DNA of 64,000 nucleotides. Source: Eledone cirrhosa (lineage: Eukaryota). Location: assembly GCA_964016885.1 (NCBI GenBank), contig OZ024743.1, forward strand, positions 297,538,001-297,602,000. Reading direction: 5' to 3'. Below, one piece after another: positions 15,001 to 30,000 of the stretch. Below the pieces are notes generated by a model, which was given only the letters and a program-made list of their open reading frames with translations, was not told where the DNA came from and searched no databases. Every line of letters starts with the position of its first letter. The stretch's first letter is position 1. A program made the position numbers and the translations under genes.

Positions 15001-18000
15001 GACGTATGTAAGAGTTAGGAGAGGAGATATCAGTGACGTATGTCAGAGTTAGGAGAGGAGATACCAGTGACGTATGTAAGTGTTAGGAGAGGAGATACCA
15101 GTGACGTATGTAAGAGTTAGGAGAGGAGATGCCAGTGACGTATGTAAGAGTTAGGAGAGGAGATATCAATGACGTATGTAAGAGTTAGGAAGGAGATATC
15201 AGTGACGTATGTCAGAGTTAGGAGAGAAGATACCAGTGACGTATGTAAGAGTTAGGAGAGGAGATACCAGTGACGTATGTAAGAGTTAGGAGAGGAGATA
15301 CCAGTGACGTATGTAAGTGTTAGGAGAGGAGATATCAGTGACGTATGTCAGAGTTAGGAGAGGAGAGGAGATACCAGTGACGTATGTAAGTGTTAGGAGA
15401 GGAGATATCAGTGACGTATGTCAGAGTTAGGAGAGGAGATAGCAGTGACGTATGTCAGAGTTAGGAGAGGAGATACCAGTGACGTATGTAAGAGTTAGGA
15501 GAGGAGATACCAGTGACGTATGTCAGAGTTAGGAGAGGAGATACCAGTGACGTATGTAAGAGTTAGGAGAGGAGATACCAGTGACGTATGTAAGAGTTAG
15601 GAGAGGAGATACCAGTGACGTATGTAAGTGTTAGGAGAGGAGATACCAGTGACGTATGTAAGAGTTAGGAGAGGAGAAACCAGTCACGTATGTAAGAGTT
15701 ACGAGAGGAGATACCAGTGACGTATGTAAGTGTTCGGAGAGGAGATACCAGTGACGTATGTAAGAGTTACGAGAGGAGATACCAGTGACGTATGTAAGAG
15801 TTAGGAGAGGAGATACCAGTGACGTATGTAAGTGTTAGGAGAGGAGATACCAGTGACGTATGTAAGAGTTAGGAGAGGAGATACCAGTGACGTATGTAAG
15901 TGTTAGGAGAGGAGATACCAGTGACGTATGTAAGAGTTAGGAGAGGAGATACCAGTGACGTATGTAAGTGTTAGGAGAGGAGATACCAGTGACGTATGTA
16001 AGAGTTACAAGAGGAGATACCAGTGACGTATGTAAGTGTTAGGAGAGGAGATACTAGTGTCGTATGTAAGTGGTAGGAAAGGAGATACCAGTGACGTATG
16101 TCAGAGTTACGAGAGGAGATACCAGTGACGTATGTAAGTGTTACGAGAGGAGATACCAGTGACGTATGTAAGAGTTAGGAGAGGAGATACCAGTGACGTA
16201 TTTAAGAGTTAGGAGAGGAGATATCAGTGACGTATGTAAGAGTTCGGAGAGGAGATACCAGTGACGTATGTAAGTGTTAGGAGAGGAGATATCAGTGACG
16301 TATGTAAGTGTTCGGAGAGGAGATACCAGTGACGTATGTAAGTGTTACGAGAGAAGATATCAGTGACGTATGTAAGAGTTAGGAAGGAGAGGTCAGTGAC
16401 GTATGTAAGTGTTAGGAGAGTAGATATCAGTGACGTATGTAAGATTTAGGAGAGGAGATAACAGTGACGTATGTAAGTGTTAGGAGAGGAGATACCAGTG
16501 ACGTATGTAAGTGTTACGAGAGGAGATATCAGTGACGTATGTAAGAGTTAGGAAGGAGTGGTCAGGACGTATGTAAGATTTAGGAAGGAGATATCAGTGA
16601 CGTATGTAAGAGTTAGGGGAGGAGATACAAGTGACGTATGTAAGAGTTAGGAGAGGAGATACCAGTGACGTATGTAAGAGTTAGGAGAGGAGATATCAGT
16701 GACGTATGTAAGTGTTAGGAGAGGAGATACCAGTGACGTATGTAAGTGTTAGGAGAGGAGATACCAGTGACGTATGTAAGAGTTAGGAGAGGAGATACCA
16801 GTGACGTATGTAAGTGTTAGGAGAGGAGATATCAGTGACGTATGTAAGAGTTAGGAAGGAGAGGTCAGTGACGTATGTAAGTGTTAGGAGGGGAGATACC
16901 AGTGACGTATGTAAGTGTTACGAGAGGAGATACCAGTGACGTATGTAAGAGTTAGGGGAGGAGATACCAGTGACGTATGTAAGTGTTACGAGAGGAGATA
17001 CCAGTGACGTATGTAAGAGTTAGGGGAGGAGATACCAGTGACGTATGTAAGAGTTAGGAGAGGAGATATCAGTGACGTATGTAAGAGTTAGGGGAGGAGA
17101 TACCAGTGACGTTTGTAAGAGTTAGGAGAGGAGATACCAGTGACGTATGTAAGTGTTACGAGAGGAGATACCAGTGACGTATGTAAGAGTTAGGGGAGGA
17201 GATACCAGTGACGTATGTAAGTGTTACGAGAGGAGATACCAGTGACGTATGTAAGAGTTAGGGGAGGAGATACCAGTGACGTATGTAAGAGTTAGGAGAG
17301 GAGATATCAGTGACGTATGTAAGAGTTAGGGGAGGAGATACCAGTAACGTTTGTAAGAGTTAGGAGAGGAGATACCAGTGACGTATGTAAGAGTTAGGAG
17401 AGGAGATACCAGTGACGTATGTAAGAGTTAGGAGAGGAGATATCAATGACGTATGTAAGAGTTAGGAAGGAGATATCAGTGACGTATGTCAGAGTTAGGA
17501 GAGAAGATACCAGTGACGTATGTAAGAGTTAGGAGAGGAGATACCAGTGACGTATGTAAGAGTTAGGAGAGGAGATACCTGTGACGTATGTAAGAGTTAG
17601 GAGAGGAGATACTAGTGACGTATGTAAGTGTTAGGAGAGGAGATATCAGTGACGTATGTCAGAGTTAGGAGAGGAGATACCAGTGACGTATGTAAGTGTT
17701 AGGAGAGGAGATATCAGTGACGTATGTCAGAGTTAGGAGAGGAGATAGCAGTGACGTATGTCAGAGTTAGGAGAGGAGATACCAGTGACGTATGTAAGAG
17801 TTAGGAGAGGAGATACCAGTGACGTATGTCAGAGTTAGGAGAGGAGATACCAGTGATGTATGTAAGAGTTAGGAGAGGAGATACCAGTGACGTATGTAAG
17901 AGTTAGGAGAGGAGATACCAGTGACGTATGTAAGTGTTAGGAGAGGAGATACCAGTGACGTATGTAAGAGTTAGGAGAGGAGATACCAGTCACGTATGTA

Positions 18001-21000
18001 AGTGTTAGGAGAGGAGATAACATTGACGTATGTAAGAGTTAGGAGAGGAGATATCAATGACGTATGTAAGTGTTAGGAAGGAGATATCAGTGACGTATGT
18101 CAGAGTTAGGAGAGGAGATACCAATGACGTATATAAGTGTTAGGAGAGGAGATATCAGTGACGTATGTCAGAGTTAGGAGAGGAGATACCAGTGACGTAT
18201 GTAAGTGTTAGGAGAGGAGATATCAGTGACGTATGTCAGAGTTAGGAGAGGAGTAACCAGTGACGTATGTAAGAGTTAGGAGAGGAGATACCAGTGACCT
18301 ATGTAAGTGTTAGGAAAGGAGATACCAGTGTCGTATGTAAGTGTTACGAGAGGAGATACCAGTGACGTATGTAAGTGTTACGAGAGGAGATACCAGTGAC
18401 GTATGTAAGTGTTACGAGAGGAGATATCAGTGACGTATGTAAGAGTTAGGAAGGAGATATCAGTGACGTATGTCAGAGTTAGGAGAGGAGATACCAGTGA
18501 CGTTTGTAAGAGTTAGGAGAGGACATACCAGTGACGTATGTAAGAGTTAGGAGAGGAGATACCAGTGACGTATGTAAGAGTTAGGAGAGGAGATACCAGT
18601 GACGTATGTAAGTGTTAGGAGAGGAGATATCAGTGACGTATGTCAGAGTTAGGAGAGGAGAGGAGATACCAGTGACGTATGTAAGTGTTAGGAGAGGAGA
18701 TATCAGTGACGTATGTCAGAGTTAGGAGAGGAGATAGCAGTGACGTATGTCAGAGTTAGGAGAGGAGATACCAGTGACGTATGTAAGAGTTAGGAGAGGA
18801 GATACCAGTGACGTATGTCAGAGTTAGGAGAGGAGATACCAGTGACGTATGTAAGAGTTAGGAGAGGAGATACCAGTGACGTATGTAAGAGTTAGGAGAG
18901 GAGATACCAGTGACGTATGTAAGTGTTAGGAGAGGAGATACCAGTGACGTATGTAAGAGTTAGGAGAGGAGATACCAGTCACGTATGTAAGAGTTACGAG
19001 AGGAGATACCAGTGACGTATGTAAGTGTTCGGAGAGGAGATACCAGTGACGTATGTAAGAGTTACGAGAGGAGATACCAGTGACGTATGTAAGAGTTAGG
19101 AGAGGAGATACCAGTGACGTATGTAAGTGTTAGGAGAGGAGATATCAGTGACGTATGTCAGAGTTAGGAGTGGAGATACCAGTGACGTATGTAAGAGTTA
19201 GGAGAGGAGATATCAGTGACGTATGTCAGAGTTAGGAGAGGAGATACCAGTGACGTATGTAAGTGTTAGGAGAGGAGATACCAGTGACGTATGTAAGAGT
19301 TAGGAGAGGAGATACCAGTGACGTATGTAAGAGTTAGGAGAGGAGATATCAATGACGTATGTAAGAGTTAGGAAGGAGATATCAGTGACGTATGTCAGAG
19401 TTAGGAGAGAAGATACCAGTGACGTATGTAAGAGTTAGGAGAGGAGATACCAGTGACGTATGTAAGAGTTAGGAGAGGAGATACCAGTGACGTATGTAAG
19501 AGTTAGGAGAGGAGATACTAGTGACGTATGTAAGTGTTAGGAGAGGAGATATCAGTGACGTATGTCAGAGTTAGGAGAGGAGATACCAGTGACGTATGTA
19601 AGTGTTAGGAGAGGAGATATCAGTGACGTATGTCAGAGTTAGGAGAGGAGATAGCAGTGACGTATGTCAGAGTTAGGAGAGGAGATACCAGTGACGTATG
19701 TAAGAGTTAGGAGAGGAGATACCAGTGACGTATGTCAGAGTTAGGAGAGGAGATACCAGTGATGTATGTAAGAGTTAGGAGAGGAGATACCAGTGACGTA
19801 TGTAAGAGTTAGGAGAGGAGATACCAGTGACGTATGTAATTGTTAGGAGAGGAGATACCAGTGACGTATGTAAGAGTTAGGAGAGGAGATACCAGTCACG
19901 TATGTAAGTGTTAGGAGAGGAGATAACATTGACGTATGTAAGAGTTAGGAGAGGAGATATCAATGACGTATGTAAGTGTTAGGAAGGAGATATCAGTGAC
20001 GTATGTCAGAGTTAGGAGAGAAGATACCAGTGACGTATGTAAGAGTTAGGAGAGGAGATACCAGTGACGTATGTAAGAGTTACGAGGGGAGATACCAATG
20101 ACGTATATAAGTGTTAGGAGAGGAGATATCAGTGACGTATGTCAGAGTTAGGAGAGGAGATACCAGTGACGTATGTAAGTGTTAGGAGAGGAGATATCAG
20201 TGACGTATGTCAGAGTTAGGAGAGGAGATACCAGTGACGTATGTAAGAGTTAGGAGAGGAGATACCAGTGACCTATGTAAGTGTTAGGAAAGGAGATACC
20301 AGTGTCGTATGTAAGTGTTACGAGAGGAGATACCAGTGACGTATGTAAGTGTTACGAGAGGAGATACCAGTGACGTATGTAAGTGTTACGAGAGGAGATA
20401 TCAGTGACATATGTAAGAGTTAGGAAGGAGATATCAGTGACGTATGTCAGAGTTAGGAGAGGAGATACCAGTGACGTTTGTAAGAGATAGGAGAGGACAT
20501 ACCAGTGACGTATGTAAGAGTTAGGAGAGGAGATACCAGTGACGTATGTAAGAGTTAGGAGAGGAGATACCAGTGACGTATGTAAGTGTTAGGAGAGGAG
20601 ATATCAGTGACGTATGTCAGAGTTAGGAGAGGAGAGGAGATACCAGTGACGTATGTAAGTGTTAGGAGAGGAGATATCAGTGACGTATGTCAGAGTTAGG
20701 AGAGGAGATAGCAGTGACGTATGTCAGAGTTAGGAGAGGAGATACCAGTGACGTATGTAAGAGTTAGGAGAGGAGATACCAGTGACGTATGTCAGAGTTA
20801 GGAGAGGAGATACCAGTGACGTATGTAAGAGTTAGGAGAGGAGATACCAGTGACGTATGTAAGAGTTAGGAGAGGAGATACCAGTGACGTATGTAAGTGT
20901 TAGGAGAGGAGATACCAGTGACGTATGTAAGAGTTAGGAGAGGAGATACCAGTCACGTATGTAAGAGTTACGACAGGAGATACCAGTGACGTATGTAAGT

Positions 21001-24000
21001 GTTCGGAGAGGAGATACCAGTGACGTATGTAAGAGTTAGGAGAGGAGATACCAGTGACGTATGTAAGTGTTAGGAGAGGAGATACCAGTGACGTATGTAA
21101 GTGTTAGGAGAGGAGATACCAGTGACGTATGTAAGAGTTAGGAGAGGAGATACCAGTGCCGTATGTAAGTGTTAGGAGAGGAGATACCAGTGACGTATGT
21201 AAGAGTTAGGAGAGGAGATACCAGTGACGTATGTAAGTGTTAGGAGAGGAGATACCAGTGACGTATGTAAGAGTTACAAGAGGAGATACCAGTGACGTAT
21301 GTAAGTGTTAGGAGAGGAGATACTAGTGTCGTATGTAAGTGGTAGGAAAGGAGATACCAGTGAAGTATGTCAGAGTTACGAGAGGAGATACCAGTGACGT
21401 ATGTAAGTGTTACGAGAGGAGATACCAGTGACGTATGTAAGAGTTAGGAGAGGAGATACCAGTGACGTATGTAAGTGTTAGGAGAGGAGATATCAGTGAC
21501 GTATGTAAGAGTTCGGATAGGAGATACCAGTGACGTATGTAAGTGTTACGAGAGAAGATATCAGTGACGTATGTAAGAGTTAGGAAGGAGAGGTCAGTGA
21601 CGTAAGTAAGTGTTAGGAGAGTAGATATCAGTGACGTATGTAAGATTTAGGAGAGGAGATAACAGTGACGTATGTAAGTGTTAGGAGAGGAGATACCAGT
21701 GACGTATGTAAGTGTTACGAGAGGAGATATCAGTGACGTATGTAAGAGTTAGGAAGGAGTGGTCAGGACGTATGTAAGATTTAGGAAGGAGATATCAGTG
21801 ACGTATGTAAGAGTTAGGGGAGGAGATACAAGTGACGTATGTAAGAGTTAGGAGAGGAGATACCAGTGACGTATGTAAGAGTTAGGAGAGGAGATATCAG
21901 TGACGTATGTAAGTGTTAGGAGAGGAGATACCAGTGACGTATGTAAGTGTTAGGAGAGGAGATACCAGTGACGTATGTAAGAGTTACGAGAGGAGATACC
22001 AGTGACGTATGTAAGAGTTAGGAAGGAGATATCAGTGACATATGTAAGTGTTAGGAGAGGAGATACCAGTGACGTATGTAAGTGTTACGAGAGGAGATAC
22101 CAGTGACGTATGTAAGAGTTAGGAGAGGAGATACCAGTGACGTATGTAAGTGTTAGGAGAGGAGATATCAGTGACGTATGTAAGAGTTAGGAAGGAGAGG
22201 TCAGTGACGTATGTAAGTGTTAGGAGAGGAGATACCAGTGACGTATGTAAGTGTTACGTGAGGAGATACCAGTGAAGTATGTAAGAGTTAGGGGAGGAGA
22301 TACCAGTGACGTATGTAAGTGTTACGAGAGGAGATACCAGTGACGTATGTAAGAGTTAGGGGAGGAGATACCAGTGACGTATGTAAGAGTTAGGAGAGGA
22401 GATATCAGTGACGTATGTAAGAGTTAGGGGAGGAGATACCAGTGACGTTTGTAAGAGATAGGAGAGGAGATACCAGTGACGTATGTAAGTGTTAGGAGAG
22501 GAGATATCAGTGACGTATGTCAGAGTTAGGAGTGGAGATACCAGTGACGTATGTAAGAGTTAGGAGAGGAGATATCAGTGACGTATGTCAGAGTTAGGAG
22601 AGGAGATACCAGTGACGTATGTAAGTGTTAGGAGAGGAGATACCAGTGACGTATGTAAGAGTTAGGAGAGGAGATACCAGTGACGTATGTAAGAGTTAGG
22701 AGAGGAGATATCAATGACGTATGTAAGAGTTAGGAAGGAGATATCAGTGACGTATGTCAGAGTTAGGAGAGAAGATACCAGTGACGTATGTAAGAGTTAG
22801 GAGAGGAGATACCAGTGACGTATGTAAGAGTTAGGAGAGGAGATACCAGTGACGTATGTAAGAGTTAGGAGAGGAGATACTAGTGACGTATGTAAGTGTT
22901 AGGAGAGGAGATACCAGTGACGTATGTCAGAGTTAGGAGAGGAGATACCAGTGACGTATGTAAGTGTTAGGAGAGGAGATATCAGTGACGTATGTCAGAG
23001 TTAGGAGAGGAGATAGCAGTGACGTATGTCAGAGTTAGGAGAGGAGATACCAGTGACGTATGTAAGAGTTAGGAGAGGAGATACCAGTGACGTATGTCAG
23101 AGTTAGGAGAGGAGATACCAGTGACGTATGTAAGAGTTAGGAGAGGAGATACCAGTGACGTATGTAAGAGTTAGGAGAGGAGATACCAGTGACGTATGTA
23201 AGTGTTAGGAGAGGAGATACCAGTGACGTATGTAAGAGTTAGGAGAGGAGATACCAGTCACGTATGTAAGTGTTAGGAGAGGAGATAACATTGACGTATG
23301 TAATAGTTAGGAGAGGAGATATCAATGACGTATGTAAGTGTTAGGAAGGAGATATCAGTGACGTATGTCAGAGTTAGGAGAGAAGATACCAGTGACGTAT
23401 GTAAGAGTTAGGAGAGGAGATACCAGTGACGCATGTAAGAGTTACGAGAGGAGATACCAGTGACGTATGTAAGAGTTAGGAGAGGAGATACCATTGACGT
23501 ATATAAGTGTTAGGAGAGGAGATATCAGTGACGTATGTCAGAGGTAGGAGAGGAGATACCAGTGACGTATGTAAGTGTTAGGAGAGGATATATCAGTGAC
23601 GTATGTCAGAGTTAGGAGAGGAGATACCAGTGACGTATGTAAGAGTTAGGAGAGGAGATACCAGTGACGTATGTAAGTGTTACGAGAGGAGATATCAGTG
23701 ACGTATGTAAGAGTTAGGAAGGAGATATCAGTGACGTATGTCAGAGTTAGGAGAGGAGATACCAGTGACGTTTGTAAGAGTTAGGAGAGGACATACCAGT
23801 GACGTATGTAAGAGTTAGGAGAGGAGATACCAGTGATGTATGTAAGAGTTAGGAGAGGAGATACCAGTGACGTTTGTAAGAGTTAGGAGAGGAGATACCA
23901 GTGACGTTTGTAAGAGTTAGGAGAGGAGATACCAGTGACGTATGTAAGTGTTAGGAGAGGAGATATCAGTGACGTATGTCAGAGTTAGGAGTGGAGATAC

Positions 24001-27000
24001 CAGTGACGTATGTAAGAGTTAGGAGAGGAGATATCAGTGACGTATGTCAGAGTTAGGAGAGGAGATACCAGTGACGTATCTAAGTGTTAGAAGAGGAGAT
24101 ACCAGTGACGCATGTAAGAGTTAGGAGAGGAGATACCAGTGACGTATGTAAGAGTTAGGAGAGGAGATATCAATGACTTATGTAAGAGTTAGGAAGGAGA
24201 TATCAGTGACGTATGTCAGAGTTAGGAGAGAAGATACCAGTGACGTATGTAAGAGTTATGAGAGGAGATACCAGTGACGTATGTAAGAGTTAGGAGAGGA
24301 GATACCAGTGACGTATGTAAGTGTTAGGAGAGGAGATATCAGTGACTTATGTCAGAGTTAGGAGAGGAGATACCAGTGACGTATGTAAGTGTTAGGAGAG
24401 GAGATATCAGTGACGTATGTCAGAGTTAGTAGAGGAGATACCAGTGACGTATGTCAGAGTTAGGAGAGGAGATACCAGTGACGTATGTAAGAGTTAGGAG
24501 AGGAGATACCAGTGACGTATGTAAGAGTTAGGAGAGGAGATACCAGTGACGTATGTAAGAGTTATGAGAGGAGATATCAGTGACGTATGTAAGTGTTACG
24601 CGAGGAGATACCAGTGACGTATTCTAAGAGTTAGGAGAGGAGATAGCAGTGACGTATGTAAGAGTTAGGAGAGGAGATATCAGTGACGTATGTAAGAGTT
24701 AGGAGAGGAGATACCAGTGACGTATGTAAGAGTTAGGAGAGGAGATACCAGTGACGTATGTAAGAGTTAGGAGAGGAGATACCAGTGACGTATGTAAGAG
24801 TTAGGAGAGGAGATATCAGTGACGTATGTAAGTGTTACGAGACGAAATACGAGTGACGTATGTAAGAGTTAGGAGAGGAGATACCAGTGACGTATGTAAG
24901 TGTTACGAGAGGAGATAACAGTGACGTATGTAAGAGTTAGGAGAGGAGATACCAGTGACGTATGTAAGAGATAGGGGAAGAGATACCAGTGACGTATGTA
25001 AGAGTTAGGAGAGGAGATACCAGTGACGTACGTAAGAGTTAGGAGAGGAGATACCAGTGACGTATGTAAGAGTTAGGAGAGGAGATACCAGTGACGTAGG
25101 TAAGAGTTAGGAAGAAGATATCAGTGACGTATGTAAGTGTTAGGAGAGGAGATACCAGTGACGTATGTAAGAGTTACGAGAGGAGATATCAGTGACGTAT
25201 GTAAGAGTTAGGAAGGAGATATCAGTGACGTATGTCAGAGTTAGGAGAGGAGATACCAGTGACGTATGTCAGAGTTAGGAGAGGAGATACCAGTGACGTA
25301 TGTAAGAGTTAGGAGAGGAGATACCAGTGACGTATGTCAGAGTTAGGAGAGGAGATACCAGTGACGTATGTAAGAGTTAGGAGAGGAGATACCAGTGACG
25401 TATGTAAGTGTTAGGAGAGGAGATATCAGTGACGTATGTCAGAGTTAGGAAGGAGATATCAGTGACGTATGTCAGAGTTAGGAGAGGAGATACCAGTGAC
25501 GTTTGTAAGAGTTAGGAGAGGACATACCAGTGACGTATGTAAGAGTTAGGAGAGGAGATACCAGTGACGTATGTAAGAGTTAGGAGAGGAGATACCAGTG
25601 ACGTTTGTAAGAGTTAGGAGAGGAGATACCAGTGACATTTGTAAGAGTTAGGAGAGGAGATACGAGTGACGTATGTAAGTGTTAGGAGAGGAGAAATCAG
25701 TGACGTATGTCAGAGTTAGGAGTGGAGATACCAGTGACGTATGTAAGAGTTAGGAGAGGAGATATCAGTGACGTATGTCAGAGTTAGGAGAGGAGATATC
25801 AGTGACGTACGTAAGAGTTACGAGAGGAGATACCAGTGACGTATGTAAGAGTTAGGAGAGGAGATACCAGTGACGTATGTAAAAGTTAGGAGAGGAGATA
25901 CCAGTGACGTATGTAAGAGTTAGGAGAGGAGATATCAGTGACATATGTAAGTGTTACGAGAGGAAATACCAGTGACGTATGTAAGAGTTAGGAGAGGAGA
26001 TACCAGTGACGTATGTAAGTGTTACGAGAGGAGATACCAGTGACGTATGTAAGAGTTAGGAGAGGAGATACCAGTGACGTATGTAAGAGATAGGGGAGGA
26101 GATACCAGTGACGTATGTAAGAGTTAGGAGAGGAGATACCAGTGACGTATGTAAGTGTTAGGAGAGGAGATATCAGTGACGTATGTCAGAGTTAGGAAGG
26201 AGATATCAGTGACGTTTGTCAGAGTTAGGAGAGGAGATACCAGTGACGTTTGTAAGAGTTAGGAGAGGACATACCAGTGACGTATGTAAGAGTTAGGAGA
26301 GGAGATACCAGTGACGTATGTAAGAGTTAGGAGAGGAGATACCAGTGACGTTTGTAAGAGTTAGGAGAGGAGATACCAGTGACGTATGTAAGTGTTAGGA
26401 GAGGAGATATCAGTGACGTATGTCAGAGTTAGGAGTGGAGATACCAGTGACGTATGTAAGAGTTAGGAGAGGAGATATCATTGACGTATGTCAGAGTTAT
26501 TAGAGGAGATTCCAGTGACGTATGTAAGTGTTAGGAGAGGAGATACCAGTGACGTATGTAAGAGTTAGGAGAGGAGATACCAGTGACGTATGTAAGAGTT
26601 AGGAGAGGAGATATCAATGACGTATGTAAGAGATAGGAAGGAGATATCAGTGACGTATGTCAGAGTTAGGAGAGAAGATACCAGTGACGTATGTAAGAGT
26701 TAGGAGAGGAGATACCAGTGACGTATGTAAGAGTTAGGAGAGGAGATACCAGTGACGTATGTAAGAGTTAGGAGAGGAGATACCAGTGACGTATGTAAGA
26801 GTTAGGAGAGGAGATACCAGTGACGTATGTAAGAGTTAGGAGAGGAGATATCAGTGACGTATGTAAGTGTTACGAGACGAAATACGAGTGACGTATGTAA
26901 GAGTTAGGAGAGGAGATACCAGTGACGTATGTAAGTGTTACGAGAGGAGATAACAGTGACGTATGTAAGAGTTAGGAGAGGAGATACCAGTGACGTATGT

Positions 27001-30000
27001 AAGAGATAGGGGAGGAGATACCAGTGACGTATGTAAGAGTTAGGAGAGGAGATACCAGTGACGTACGTAAGAGTTAGGAGAGGAGATACCAGTGACGTAT
27101 GTAAGAGTTAGGAGAGGAGATACCAGTGACGTAGGTAAGAGTTAGGAAGAAGATATCAGTGACGTATGTAAGTGTTAGGAGAGGAGATACCAGTGACGTA
27201 TGTAAGAGTTACGAGAGGAGATATCAGTGACGTATGTAAGAGTTAGGAAGGAGATATCAGTGACGTATGTCAGAGTTAGGAGAGGAGATACCAGTGACGT
27301 ATGTAAGAGTTAGGAGAGGAGATACCAGTGACGTATGTAAGTGTTAGGAGAGGAGATATCAGTGACGTATGTCAGAGTTAGGAAGGAGATATCAGTGACG
27401 TATGTCAGAGTTAGGAGAGGAGATACCAGTGACGTTTGTAAGAGTTAGGAGAGGACATACCAGTGACGTATGTAAGAGTTAGGAGAGGAGATACCAGTGA
27501 CGTATGTAAGAGTTAGGAGAGGAGATACCAGTGACGTTTGTAAGAGTTAGGAGAGGAGATACCAGTGACATTTGTAAGAGTTAGGAGAGGAGATACCAGT
27601 GACGTATGTAAGTGTTAGGAGAGGAGAAATCAGTGACGTATGTCAGAGTTAGGAGTGGAGATACCAGTGACGTATGTAAGAGTTAGGAGAGGAGATATCA
27701 GTGACGTATGTCAGAGTTAGGAGAGGAGATATCAGTGACGTATGTAAGAGTTACGAGAGGAGATACCAGTGACGTATGTAAGAGTTAGGAGAGGAGATAC
27801 CAGTGACGTATGTAAGAGTTAGGAGAGGAGATACCAGTGACGTATGTAAGAGTTAGGAGAGGAGATATCAGTGACATATGTAAGTGTTACGAGAGGAAAT
27901 ACCAGTGACGTATGTAAGAGTTAGGAGAGGAGATACCAGTGACGTATGTAAGTGTTACGAGAGGAGATACCAGTGACGTATGTAAGCGTTAGGAGAGGAG
28001 ATACCAGTGACGTATGTAAGAGATAGGGGAGGAGATACCAGTGACGTATGTAAGAGTTAGGAGAGGAGATACCAGTGACGTATGTAAGTGTTAGGAGAGG
28101 AGATATCAGTGACGTATGTCAGAGTTAGGAAGGAGATATCAGTGACGTTTGTCAGAGTTAGGAGAGGAGATACCAGTGACGTTTGTAAGAGTTAGGAGAG
28201 GACATACCAGTGACGTATGTAAGAGTTAGGAGAGGAGATACCAGTGACGTATGTAAGAGTTAGGAGAGGAGATACCAGTGACGTTTGTAAGAGTTAGGAG
28301 AGGAGATACCAGTGACGTATGTAAGTGTTAGGAGAGGAGATATCAGTGACGTATGTCAGAGTTAGGAGTGGAGATACCAGTGACGTATGTAAGAGTTAGG
28401 AGAGGAGATATCAGTGACGTATGTCAGAGTTATTAGAGGAGATTCCAGTGACGTATGTAAGTGTTAGGAGAGGAGATACCAGTGACGTATGTAAGAGTTA
28501 GGAGAGGAGATACCAGTGACGTATGTAAGAGTTAGGAGAGGAGATACCAGTGACGTATGTAAGAGTTAGGAGAGGAGATACCAGTGACGTATGTAAGAGT
28601 TAGGAGAGGAGATATCAGTGACGTATGTAAGAGTTCGGAGAGGAGATACCAGTGACGTATGTAAGTGTTAGGAGAGGAGATATCAGTGACGTATGTAAGA
28701 GTTCGGAGAGGAGATACCAGTGACGTATGTAAGTGTTACGAGAGAAGATATCAGTGACGTATGTAAGAGTTAGGAAGGAGAGGTCAGTGACGTATGTAAG
28801 TGTTAGGAGAGTAGATATCAGTGACGTATGTAAGATTTAGGAGAGGAGATAACAGTGACGTATGTAAGTGTTATGAGAGGAGATACCAGTGACGTATGTA
28901 AGTGTTACGAGAGGAGATATCAGTGACGTATGTAAGAGTTAGGAAGGAGTGGTCAGGACGTATGTAAGATTTAGGAAGGAGATATCAGTGACGTATGTAA
29001 GAGTTAGGGGAGGAGATACCAGTGACGTATGTAAGAGTTAGGAGAGGAGATACCAGTGACGTATGTAAGAGTTAGGAGAGGAGATATCAGTGACGTATGT
29101 AAGTGTTAGGAGAGGAGATACCAGTGACGTATGTAAGTGTTAGGAGAGGAGATACCAATGACGTATGTAAGAGTTACGAGAGGAGATACCAGTGACGTAT
29201 GTAAGAGTTAGGAAGGAGAGGTCAGTGACGTATGTAAGTGTTAGGAGAGGAGATATCAGTGACGTATGTCAGAGTTAGGAGAGGAGATACCAGTGACGTA
29301 TGTAAGTGTTAGGAGAGGAGATATCAGTGACGTATGTCAGAGTTAGGAGAGGAGATAGCAGTGACGTATGTCAGAGTTAGGAGAGGAGATACCAGTGACG
29401 TATGTAAGAGTTAGGAGAGGAGATACCAGTGACGTATGTCAGAGTTAGGAGAGGAGATACCAGTGACGTATGTAAGAGTTAGGAGAGGAGATACCAGTGA
29501 CGTATGTAAGAGTTAGGAGAGGAGATACCAGTGACGTATGTAAGTGTTAGGAGAGGAGATACCAGTGACGTATGTAAGAGTTAGGAGAGGAGATACCAGT
29601 CACGTATGTAAGTGTTAGGAGAGGAGATACCAGTGACGTATGTAAGAGTTAGGAGAGGAGATATCAGTGACGTATGTAAGAGTTAGGGGAGGAGATACCA
29701 GTGACGTATGTAAGAGTTAGGAGAGGAGATATCAGTGACGTATGTAAGAGTTAGGGGAGGAGATACCAGTGACGTATGTAAGAGTTACGAGAGGAGATAC
29801 CAGTGACGTATGTAAGAGTTAGGAGAGGAGATACCAGTGACGTATGTAAGTGTTACGAGAGGAGATACCAGTGACGTATGTAAGAGTTAGGAAGGAGAGG
29901 TCAGTGACGTATGTAAGTGTTAGGAGAGGAGATACCAGTGACGTATGTAAGTGTTACGAGAGGAGATACCAGTGACGTATGTAAGAGTTAGGAGAGGAGA